Origin: Candidatus Omnitrophica bacterium UBA6253
GTDB lineage: Bacteria > Omnitrophota > Gorgyraeia > Gygaellales > Profunditerraquicolaceae
NCBI GenBank assembly: GCA_002441245.1
Contig: DJVP01000012.1
Location: forward strand, 260,255-324,254
DNA: 64,000 bases
Direction of reading: 5' to 3'
Shown: positions 31,074-38,884 of the stretch, one piece after another
Layout: each line of letters begins with the position of its first letter
Numbering within the stretch: position 1 is the first letter of the stretch
The notes under the pieces: generated by a model
Database searches by the model: none
What the model was told of the DNA's origin: nothing
What the model saw: only the letters and a program-made list of their open reading frames with translations
Position numbers and translations under genes: made by a program

Positions 31074-33269
31074 TCACTTTATAAACAGCATCTCGCGATA
31101 CTTAGGCAAATCCCAGGCATCATCAGAAACCACGCATTCTAATTGATCGACATGTTTTCTAATATGCTCCATCAAAGGCTTGAGCTCATTAAAATAAAGC
31201 TCCGAACGTTTTTCGTCGCTTACCTTTTTGGCATTCTCGAGCAATTTGACCATTTCATTGGCATTTCTACGCACGTAATAAATCTTGGCGACAATTTCAG
31301 CTAAATGCTCCTTTTTGTCTTTTAATGCAGCAGTATCTAACCTCAGGCTGGCATCTTTTTGTAACTTCACTAAAGCATCCAGATTACCCGCCAGCAATTG
31401 TTCATATTTATAACCTGCCGGAACTATCGAGGCATTAACCATTTCATTCAAGGTGTTAGCTTCGATTTCAAGAGTTAAGTTATACGTATGGATCCAAATG
31501 TGATAACGAGCAACCAATTCTTCCTTGGAGAAAACTTTATACTTCTCAAAAAGAGCAATATTTTCTTTCTTGGTTAAAGCTTCCAAAGACTCGTAGGTTG
31601 AGGCGATATTCGGCAGGTTACGTTTTTTAGCTTCTTTAAGCCAGGCCTCCGCATAATTATTCCCTTCGAAACGGATATCTTTGGTTTCTTTAATAATCTT
31701 AGAAATGACCATTAACACCGCGGAATTAAAATCCTTCCCGGTAGACGTGGTCTGCTTAATCTGTTGGGCAATATAATCCAGGCTTTCCGCAATTATAGTA
31801 TTCAATATTGCAATCGGGGTAGAGATATTTTGCGAAGATCCTACGGCACGGAATTCAAATTTCGCACCGGTAAAAGCAAAAGGCGAAGTACGATTCCTGT
31901 CTGTAGCGTCTTTATTAAATTTGGGCAAACGACCAATTCCTAAATCCACAATATCGGATTTAGAAACTTTTGACTCAACCCCTTTTTCAATCATATTTAG
32001 GATCTTGGTCAATTGCTCACCCAAAAATACACTGATAATCGCAGGAGGAGCCTCATTTGCCCCAAGACGATGTTCATTGCCAGCCAGTGCAACCGAGGCG
32101 CGCAAAAGATCAGCGTGCAGATAAACTGCCCTCAAAACCGCAGCTAACACTGCCAGAAACTGCAAGTTATCTTCCGGGGTCTGGCCGGGGTTAAGAAGGT
32201 TATTGCCCTTATCATCTGCCAAAGACCAGTTTAAGTGTTTTCCACTTCCATTTATACCGGCGAATGGCTTCTCATGTAGAAGACAAACCATATCGTGGCG
32301 CAGGGCAACCTTTTTCATCAACTCCATAAGCAATTGATTATGATCAGCGGCTATATTTGATTCTTCAAATACCGGGGCAAATTCATACTGGTGAGGCGCA
32401 ACCTCATTATGCCGGGTCATCAAGGGGATCCCCAATTTATATGCCTCTGCGGCAACCTCAAACATAAAATTAATTACTCGTTCTTTAATCGTGCCAAAAT
32501 ACTGATCTTCCAATTGTTGGCCTTTAGGTGAAGCTGCCCCGACTAAAGTACGGCCTGCCATGATTAGATCCTGCCGCAAGTTATAATAATTTTTATCAAT
32601 TAAGAAATATTCCTGCTCCGGACCGCAGGTTGAGAACACTTTCTTTACGTTTTTATGACCAAAAAGCTTAACCAGGCCTAAGGCAGCTTTATTCAAGGCT
32701 TCATCTGAACGCAAGAGAGGAAGTTTTTTATCTAATGCCTCTCCATGATAAGATATAAAGATCGTAGGGATACATAAAGTTTTACCGAGCTTGCTCTCGA
32801 TAATAAATGCCGGGCTTGAAGGATCCCAGGCTGTATAACCTCTGGCTTCAAATGTCGAGCGAATACCTCCGGAAGGAAAGCTTGAGGCATCAGGTTCCCC
32901 TTGGATTAATTTATTTCCGGAAAACTTCTCAATTACCTTACCCGGCCCGGTTATCGAAATAAAGCTATCATGTTTTTCAGCAGTGAGACCGGTCATCGGT
33001 TGGAACCAATGCGTATAATACGTGGCGCCTTTTGCGATTGCCCATTTCTTCATAGCATCGGCGATTTCATTTGCCTGCGTTAAAGTAATCGTCTTGCCTT
33101 CAGACATCCAAGTTTTAAATGCCTCTAAGGTATTTTTGGAGATATGCTTCTGCATAGTCTCCATACTAAAAGTATTTTCCCCAAAATATGTAGAAACCTT
33201 CTTTGGGGCATCCACTTTATCTAATTCTATACTCTTGATTTTAAATAAAACTTTCTGTCTTATGCTCAT
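31074..33269 (-). CDS. glnN: Glutamine synthetase type III
   Basis: 731 aa. The size and motifs (FGPEQEYFLID, NGSGKHLNWS) are typical of GS-III. Confidence 0.9.
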   Translation of the reverse strand: MSIRQKVLFKIKSIELDKVDAPKKVSTYFGENTFSMETMQKHISKNTLEAFKTWMSEGKTITLTQANEIADAMKKWAIAKGATYYTHWFQPMTGLTAEKHDSFISITGPGKVIEKFSGNKLIQGEPDASSFPSGGIRSTFEARGYTAWDPSSPAFIIESKLGKTLCIPTIFISYHGEALDKKLPLLRSDEALNKAALGLVKLFGHKNVKKVFSTCGPEQEYFLIDKNYYNLRQDLIMAGRTLVGAASPKGQQLEDQYFGTIKERVINFMFEVAAEAYKLGIPLMTRHNEVAPHQYEFAPVFEESNIAADHNQLLMELMKKVALRHDMVCLLHEKPFAGINGSGKHLNWSLADDKGNNLLNPGQTPEDNLQFLAVLAAVLRAVYLHADLLRASVALAGNEHRLGANEAPPAIISVFLGEQLTKILNMIEKGVESKVSKSDIVDLGIGRLPKFNKDATDRNRTSPFAFTGAKFEFRAVGSSQNISTPIAILNTIIAESLDYIAQQIKQTTSTGKDFNSAVLMVISKIIKETKDIRFEGNNYAEAWLKEAKKRNLPNIASTYESLEALTKKENIALFEKYKVFSKEELVARYHIWIHTYNLTLEIEANTLNEMVNASIVPAGYKYEQLLAGNLDALVKLQKDASLRLDTAALKDKKEHLAEIVAKIYYVRRNANEMVKLLENAKKVSDEKRSELYFNELKPLMEHIRKHVDQLECVVSDDAWDLPKYREMLFIK

Positions 33270-33411
33270 CCTTCCTCCCCCTTGCGTATTAAATTAGGTT
33301 TACTTATTTTACCACAAGCCGTAAAAATTAAAAGAGGCATTCTTTAAGCCCCCAGAACGCCCGACTCTTTAATTACAAGTAAGGAAATCAGGCTTCTGGT
33401 AACCTATTTTA

Positions 33412-33753
33412 TCACCCTATGGCAGATGATCCGCGCTCTTCAGTACGGATGCGGACACATTCTTTAAGATCAAGAACAAAAATCTTGCCGTCTCCGGTTT
33501 CACCGGTCTTGGCCCCCCCGACAATCGCTTTTATGGTAGGCTCAAGAAAGTTATCATTAACCGCAATTTCAAGGCGAATCTTTCGCAACAGGTTGCCGGT
33601 TTCTTTAGAACCACGGTAAACCTCAGTAACTCCTTTTTGTCGGCCATGCCCCAAGACCTCGCTTACTGTAATTAAATTTACTTCCGCTTTATACAACTCT
33701 TCTTTTACTTCTTCAAGTTTATATGGTTGAATTATGGCAATCACTAATTTCAT
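33412..33753 (-). CDS. glnB: PII nitrogen regulatory protein
   Basis: 113 aa with T-loop GHGRQKG and the GDGKIFV motif. Confidence 0.9.
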   Translation of the reverse strand: MKLVIAIIQPYKLEEVKEELYKAEVNLITVSEVLGHGRQKGVTEVYRGSKETGNLLRKIRLEIAVNDNFLEPTIKAIVGGAKTGETGDGKIFVLDLKECVRIRTEERGSSAIG

Positions 33754-33849
33754 ATAATCCTCCTTGTAGCATTCAGCGAATAATACTTAACGTTAATAAG
33801 ATTCTTATTCATCCTATAAGTAAGCTCCTATGCTTTATGCTAATCATAA

Positions 33850-35079
33850 TTATTCTAACACTGTATATGCCCGCTCACGATGCTGTGTAAGATCTAAACC
33901 AATAGCTTCCGATTTATCATCTACCCTGACCCCGATAAAGATATCCACTAATTTGTAGATAATAAAAGTAACCGCGCCAGTATAAGCAATAGTTACCCCC
34001 ACGGCTAAAAGCTGTATCAGGAACTGCTTGGGATTACCAAAAAATACCCCGTTTGCTCCCGCAGAATTAACCAACTTTGAAGCAAATAGCCCTGTAGCCA
34101 AAGCGCCCCAGATACCGCCAACACAATGAACGCCAAAAGCATCCAAAGAATCATCATAGCCGAATAATGGCTTAATCACAGCCACGGCAATAAAACAAAT
34201 AACACTAACCAACAAACCGATGATAATCGCAGAAATCACGCCTACAAATCCAGCTGCAGGAGTAATGGCGACTAAACCTGCAACTGCACCGGAACAAACG
34301 CCTAGAATGGTCGGTTTACCATTACGTATCCATTCTATCAATGCCCAACTTAAACCAGCGGCTGCAGCAGCGGTATTGGTAACTACAAAAGCATTTACTG
34401 CTAAACCATTTGCTGCAAGCGCACTTCCGGCATTAAAGCCAAACCAGCCAAACCATAAAAGCCCGGTCCCCAAGACCACAAAAGGCATATTATGCGGAGC
34501 AGGAACATTCTTTTCTAAATTAGTGCGTTTTCCTAAAATTATAGCCGTAATTAACGCAGCAATACCGGCATTGATATGTACAACTGTGCCTCCGGCAAAA
34601 TCTAATGCCCCTACATTTCTCAGCCAGCCACCCATGCCCCATATCCAGTGGCACAGCGGATCATAAACAAAGGTTGTCCAAAGAAGAGTAAAAATCAAAA
34701 ACGCAGAGAACTTCATCCTCTCGGCAAATGCACCAATAATTAAAGCGGGAGTAATAATGGCAAACATGGCTTGAAAGATCATAAACGCCTGATGTGGGAC
34801 TGTACCGGCATAATCAGTGTATGGCTCTAAACCTACCCCATTTAAACCAAACCAGCCAAACCCTCCCCAAAAACCCTCCCCCGGGTGAAAAGATAAACTA
34901 TAGCCAATCAAAACCCACTGGATACTTAAAACGCACATAATAATAAAACATTGCATCAAAACGCTTAATACGTTTTTACGCCTGACCATGCCTCCATAAA
35001 AGAATGCCAGACCCGGGGTCATCAATAACACCAACGCTGACGAGATTAGCACCCATGCTGTATCTCCTGCATTAATCAT
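33850..35079 (-). CDS. amt: Ammonium transporter (Amt family)
   Basis: 409 aa, 11-12 transmembrane segments, Amt signature regions (DFAGGTVVHINAG). Confidence 0.9.
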   Translation of the reverse strand: MINAGDTAWVLISSALVLLMTPGLAFFYGGMVRRKNVLSVLMQCFIIMCVLSIQWVLIGYSLSFHPGEGFWGGFGWFGLNGVGLEPYTDYAGTVPHQAFMIFQAMFAIITPALIIGAFAERMKFSAFLIFTLLWTTFVYDPLCHWIWGMGGWLRNVGALDFAGGTVVHINAGIAALITAIILGKRTNLEKNVPAPHNMPFVVLGTGLLWFGWFGFNAGSALAANGLAVNAFVVTNTAAAAAGLSWALIEWIRNGKPTILGVCSGAVAGLVAITPAAGFVGVISAIIIGLLVSVICFIAVAVIKPLFGYDDSLDAFGVHCVGGIWGALATGLFASKLVNSAGANGVFFGNPKQFLIQLLAVGVTIAYTGAVTFIIYKLVDIFIGVRVDDKSEAIGLDLTQHRERAYTVLE

Positions 35080-35169
35080 TTTCCCTCCTCTTTTTAGTTA
35101 CTTAAAAAACCTGATTAACCAATTGTGCAAAAACAAGGCAAAAAAACACCCTCTTTCCTCCTTTCAATC

Positions 35170-35349
35170 TTAATCTAAACCCAGCTTTTCTTTAACCAGC
35201 TTTGCATAAACCTTATTTATATGCCTGGTCTGCAGCCATCTCTCTATGGTAGTAACTTGAATATCCAGCTTCTTAGATAAATCATACAGGGTATAACCAT
35301 TTTCTTCTTTCACCCGCAATATTTTCCTGATTAATTCATTATCTACCAT
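35170..35349 (-). CDS. Small HTH DNA-binding protein (59 aa) between glnK and amt. It is not in the ORF track because it is under 60 aa.
   Basis: Manual translation gives MVDNELIRKILRVKEENGYTLYDLSKKLDIQVTTIERWLQTRHINKVYAKLVKEKLGLD. It has an excisionase/MerR-type HTH (LSKKLDIQVTTIERW). The ATG lies 5 nt after the glnK stop, and the frame is open across the whole amt-glnK gap. Confidence 0.4.
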   Translation of the reverse strand: MVDNELIRKILRVKEENGYTLYDLSKKLDIQVTTIERWLQTRHINKVYAKLVKEKLGLD

Positions 35350-35354
35350 ATGCG

Positions 35355-35693
35355 TTATACTGCTACATCACCGCGTTCTCCTGTGCGTATGCGCATAGCA
35401 TCTTCTATAGTAGAAACAAAAATCTTCCCATCGCCAATTTCGCCTGTCCTGGCAATCTTGGCTATAGCACTTATAATCTTATCCACCTGGCTATCTTTAA
35501 CAATTATTTCAATCTTTATCTTAGGCAGGAAATTGACCTTGTACTCTCTCCCCCTGAATTGTTCAACAATTCCCTTTTGGCGTCCATGGCCTTCAATATG
35601 CGTGATCATCATGCCAGGGCAACCCAATGTTTCCAAGGCTTCAGTAACCTCTTCCGATTTTTCTACCCTAATAACCGCTTCTATCTTTTTCAT
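35355..35693 (-). CDS. glnK: PII nitrogen regulatory protein GlnK, paired with amt
   Basis: Start taken at the internal MKKIEAVIRVEK.... T-loop GHGRQKG, GDGKIFV. The 14-codon extension in the track ORF is rejected. Confidence 0.88.
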   Translation of the reverse strand: MKKIEAVIRVEKSEEVTEALETLGCPGMMITHIEGHGRQKGIVEQFRGREYKVNFLPKIKIEIIVKDSQVDKIISAIAKIARTGEIGDGKIFVSTIEDAMRIRTGERGDVAV

Positions 35694-35750
35694 TCTTAAT
35701 CCTTCCTGCTGCTCCGCCTTTAGGCGAAGCAGCAAAATTAAATTAATAAA

Positions 35751-37112
35751 TTAACTCTGATTCGTGGTATAAAAGTTCGGATAAGCCGGAGTCCCGTGTT
35801 CGATTATATCCAACCCCTTCAGCTCCTCTTCAGGAGCAACTCTGATACCGAAATATTTATCCATAAGTTTAAATATGATAAACCCAAGGCTAAAAGCCCA
35901 GATTACACATACCAGCGCGCCGATAACTTGAGCGATCAACTGGCCAGATCCACCGCCGTAAAATAATCCCTTAATCAATGGTGCTTCAGTTGTACCAAGG
36001 CCGTATGTCCCGTCCGCAAAAAGGCCGACGCTGATCAATCCCCATACGCCATTTACGCCATGGACACTTACTGCGCCAACCGGGTCATCAATCCCTCTTC
36101 CTTCAAAGAAATATACCCCCAACACTACCAATAAACCCGCAATTGATCCAATAGCTACCGCTGCCCACGCTTCTACCCAGGCGCAAGGAGCAGTTATAGC
36201 GACAAGACCAGCCAGGCAGCCGTTCAACATCATACCCACATCCCATTTTTTTGTCTTCAGAAACACCAAAAGAAGGGCAACCGCTGCTCCTGCCGCTGCT
36301 GCCAGGTTAGTATTTACGGCAATCACAGCAATCCTTAACTGATGCGCAGAGAAAGTGGACCCCGGGTTGAAACCAAACCAACCAAACCATAATATAAAGG
36401 TACCAAGTGCCGCCAGAGTAATGCTATGACCGGGAATTGCTTTCGGCTTTCCATCTTTGCTGAATTTGCCAAACCTCGGACCAAGAACAATAGCGCCGGC
36501 TAAACCGACAATCCCGCCAATAGTATGTACTACGCCGGAACCTGCAAAATCAATATGACCTACCCCAAAAGGAAGCTTAGAAAGCCACCCTCCTCCCCAT
36601 ACCCAATGTCCATATATAGGATAGATTATGGCCGTAACTGCAAGACTATACAGAAAATACGCCTTAAATTTCAATCGTTCGGCAATTGCGCCTGAAACTA
36701 TCGTTGCCGCTGTCCCGGCAAAAACCAACTGCCAGAAGAATGTCAAATATCTACCCACATCGTAATTCTCACCATGCAGAAACCAGCCCGATGTACCAAT
36801 CAACCCCATATAATCATTTCCCATCATAAAAGCAAAACCAACGGCCATAAAAACAAGAGAAGCCACAGTAAAATCAATCACATTCTTAGCCATCAGATTA
36901 GTGGCATTCTTAGCCCTGCAAAAACCTGCCTCAACCATAGCAAAACCAGCCTGCATGAAAAATACCAGAAATCCGCACATTAGAACCCAAACATAATCGA
37001 TGGGAGCTGACGGATTGGCCGCCAAAGTCTCAGCCCCTCCCGGATCCTGGGCAAAACATAAAGCACTCATCCCCAGTAAAAACGTCAATAATAAAAATAT
37101 GAATTTATACAT
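35751..37112 (-). CDS. amt: Ammonium transporter (Amt family) with a signal peptide
   Basis: 453 aa. N-terminal signal peptide followed by the Amt core (DFAGSGVVHTIGG). Confidence 0.9.
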   Translation of the reverse strand: MYKFIFLLLTFLLGMSALCFAQDPGGAETLAANPSAPIDYVWVLMCGFLVFFMQAGFAMVEAGFCRAKNATNLMAKNVIDFTVASLVFMAVGFAFMMGNDYMGLIGTSGWFLHGENYDVGRYLTFFWQLVFAGTAATIVSGAIAERLKFKAYFLYSLAVTAIIYPIYGHWVWGGGWLSKLPFGVGHIDFAGSGVVHTIGGIVGLAGAIVLGPRFGKFSKDGKPKAIPGHSITLAALGTFILWFGWFGFNPGSTFSAHQLRIAVIAVNTNLAAAAGAAVALLLVFLKTKKWDVGMMLNGCLAGLVAITAPCAWVEAWAAVAIGSIAGLLVVLGVYFFEGRGIDDPVGAVSVHGVNGVWGLISVGLFADGTYGLGTTEAPLIKGLFYGGGSGQLIAQVIGALVCVIWAFSLGFIIFKLMDKYFGIRVAPEEELKGLDIIEHGTPAYPNFYTTNQS

Positions 37113-37124
37113 GATCCCTCCCCC

Positions 37125-37943
37125 TTAAAATACATAGCTTAGATAAACACCGCCGTATAATCTATTCTTTTGATTACCATTATCCTTATCGCTGATATTG
37201 CCCCAGGGAATAGAATAATTAATATTTGGCTTACAGGTTAAGTTCTTTAATAAAGGCACGGTAACCCCTACCCCTAAACCCGCGTCGCCACCCTTACCGC
37301 GATAATACTGTTTATTGTTATAACCTAGGTGTCCTGAAAAATCCAAGCTCATATTATACTTGCTTATAACAAATGGGATGCTGTGGGATAAATTAAGCAC
37401 CGTGTAACTACCCTCACCTCCGCCATCATCTTTCTTGCCAAAATCATAATAATAATAAATAGCCGGAGAAAGCAGCAATTTAGTAAAAGTTATCCCCCCA
37501 TATACTTCCCGGCTGAATCCTCTCGGAGCGCCATCCGCAGGCGCAGCATCAGGAAAATCATAATAAGTAAACCCGGTAGAAAGATCTATGCTGGGAAAAC
37601 TATAGGTATAGTCAAACAGATAATCTGTTTCACTGGATTTTAAATTATCCTTGTTTTCTAGATCATGATTAAGCCATATACCTACTTTTATCCTGCCAAA
37701 CTTTGATTCCGGGCTGCGTACATAAAAACCCGGCTGTACTACGGCATCTCCGTCAAGCATTATGCCTCTCCACATATATATGGAATTAAAAGCTAAATCT
37801 CCGGAAACTTCGATCCCCGAAGTTGATAAAATACCATCCAGCAACCCGCCTTCGGCTGCCTGCGCTGATCCGAATGTTAACACACTTAAGAATACACTTA
37901 AGAATACACTTAAGAATAATCCTGGTTTAAACCTTTTCATCAT
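37125..37943 (-). CDS. Outer-membrane beta-barrel protein (porin-like) ending in a C-terminal Phe
   Basis: Start at ATGATG after AAGGAGG (MMKRFKPGLFLSVFLSVFLSVLTFGSAQA, a signal peptide). Alternating amphipathic beta-strands. Terminal ...YLSYVF. It is the first gene of the amt-glnK cluster. Confidence 0.6.
   Translation of the reverse strand: MMKRFKPGLFLSVFLSVFLSVLTFGSAQAAEGGLLDGILSTSGIEVSGDLAFNSIYMWRGIMLDGDAVVQPGFYVRSPESKFGRIKVGIWLNHDLENKDNLKSSETDYLFDYTYSFPSIDLSTGFTYYDFPDAAPADGAPRGFSREVYGGITFTKLLLSPAIYYYYDFGKKDDGGGEGSYTVLNLSHSIPFVISKYNMSLDFSGHLGYNNKQYYRGKGGDAGLGVGVTVPLLKNLTCKPNINYSIPWGNISDKDNGNQKNRLYGGVYLSYVF
37882..37917. repeat. Perfect 3x tandem 12-nt repeat (acacttaagaat) inside the OMP signal-peptide coding region
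   Basis: Direct reading. It encodes the (SVFL)3 stretch of the signal peptide. Confidence 0.8.
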
Positions 37944-38012
37944 TACCTCCTTAAAAAGCGAAGGCGCCTGGCCCGCTCTTTTAAAATACGGTTTAGACGC
38001 CCATGTCTTTTG

Positions 38013-38046
38013 AAAACAAAAAAAGCGTACTATTTTCATAGAACGC
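38013..38046 (-). terminator. Rho-independent terminator after the sigma-factor gene
   Basis: Minus strand: GCGUUCUAU-GAAA-AUAGUACGC (one U-U mismatch) followed by UUUUUUUGUUUU. Confidence 0.5.
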
Positions 38047-38113
38047 CCGTGTCAAATTTTACACTTCAATGTGTCTTACATTACTACAAGTATAAAAAAC
38101 ATAAAAATGGTAA

Positions 38114-38638
38114 CTAAATTTTATCCAAATGCCTCTGGGATTTAACCCTGATTTTCTGCGTCATCTTTACTATAGTAACATGCGATACGCCCATACGCTT
38201 ACCTATATCCCTGGTAGTCAACCCCTGACTAAAATAATCAAGCAGCCTTTTCTCCACTGGATTAAAACCATTATTCCTGATACTTTGGGCCAAAAACTTA
38301 TTGTGCAGCTCCTGACGGCAATCATCGCAAGCCCAATATTCGCCAAGTATATCCTCCACGGTCGCCTCATTATTACTATTCAAGGCCGCATCGATACTCA
38401 CAATATTTGAACGTTCATTAATCTTGCGGATATAGTTCCTCAGATGAAAATAACACCCTTGTAAAATATAACTATCTGTTTTATCTCCTAGTTCTCCCTT
38501 GAGAAAACTGCCCCAAAGATGAATAGTTGCTTCCTGATAAAGATCATCATGATTAAATGAACGGTAATGCCCATTTAACCGGTAGGCAATCCTTTTTATG
38601 GTTGGCGATAACTTCTTATGCAACTCTTCAAAACTCAT
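38114..38638 (-). CDS. ECF-type sigma-70 family RNA polymerase sigma factor
   Basis: 174 aa. Region 2 (DDLYQEATIHLW) and region 4 HTH (LTTRDIGKRMGVSHVTIVKMTQKIRVK). Confidence 0.7.
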   Translation of the reverse strand: MSFEELHKKLSPTIKRIAYRLNGHYRSFNHDDLYQEATIHLWGSFLKGELGDKTDSYILQGCYFHLRNYIRKINERSNIVSIDAALNSNNEATVEDILGEYWACDDCRQELHNKFLAQSIRNNGFNPVEKRLLDYFSQGLTTRDIGKRMGVSHVTIVKMTQKIRVKSQRHLDKI

Positions 38639-38650
38639 ATTGCCCCCATG

Positions 38651-38698
38651 GATAAAATAAAAAACGTCCCTACCTTATTTTTCAGGTAAAGGACGTCT
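38651..38698 (-). terminator. Rho-independent terminator T1, immediately 5' of the sigma-factor RBS
   Basis: Minus strand: GACGUCCUUUACC-UGAAAAAUAA-GGUAGGGACGU followed by UUUUUUAUUUUAU. The sigma gene's GGGGG RBS and ATG follow within about 15 nt. Confidence 0.6.
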
Positions 38699-38704
38699 TG
38701 GTCC

Positions 38705-38743
38705 AAAAAAAAGCCTTCTGGCATACCAAATTCACCAGAAGAC
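38705..38743 (-). terminator. Rho-independent terminator T2
   Basis: Minus strand: GUCUUCUGG-UGAAUUUGGUAUG-CCAGAAGGC followed by U8. Confidence 0.6.
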
Positions 38744-38771
38744 TTCCGTGTCTCTTGCTACAACGCTGTAA
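38740..38771 (-). promoter_or_regulatory. Candidate ANTAR-type dual-hexaloop RNA antiterminator element
   Basis: Minus-strand RNA: P1 UUAC[AGCGUU]GUAG (plus 38758-38771), a 3-nt linker, P2 (G)AGAC[ACGGAA]GUCU(U) (plus 38740-38753). Both hexaloops have A at position 1 and G at position 4. The 3' arm of P2 (GUCUUC) is the start of the 5' arm of terminator T2. Confidence 0.4.
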
Positions 38772-38780
38772 TCTATTTAA

Positions 38781-38808
38781 AGTATATCATATCCTTTATT
38801 GATGTCAA
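38781..38808 (-). promoter_or_regulatory. Sigma70-type promoter between the nadE stop and the terminators
   Basis: Minus strand: TTGACA (plus 38803-38808), a 16-nt spacer, TATACT (plus 38781-38786). The predicted transcription start is about 5 nt before hairpin P1. Confidence 0.45.
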
Positions 38809-38884
38809 GCAAAAATTGAATACTTTATAGCTTTGATCTCCGCAGCCCTTTATCAAACACCAGCAAGATCAATGACAATAATTT

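Noticed and set aside
33270-33411. Terminator or ANTAR-like dual hairpin between glnB and glnN
   Set aside because: Only AU-rich or imperfect stems (CCAGAAGCC...GGCGUUCUGG with a 30-nt loop). No pair of hexaloop hairpins.
37944-38039. Longer start for the OMP (MKIVRFFCFQKTW...)
   Set aside because: It has no RBS and the extension would precede the signal peptide. ATGATG at 37943 has a perfect AAGGAGG RBS.
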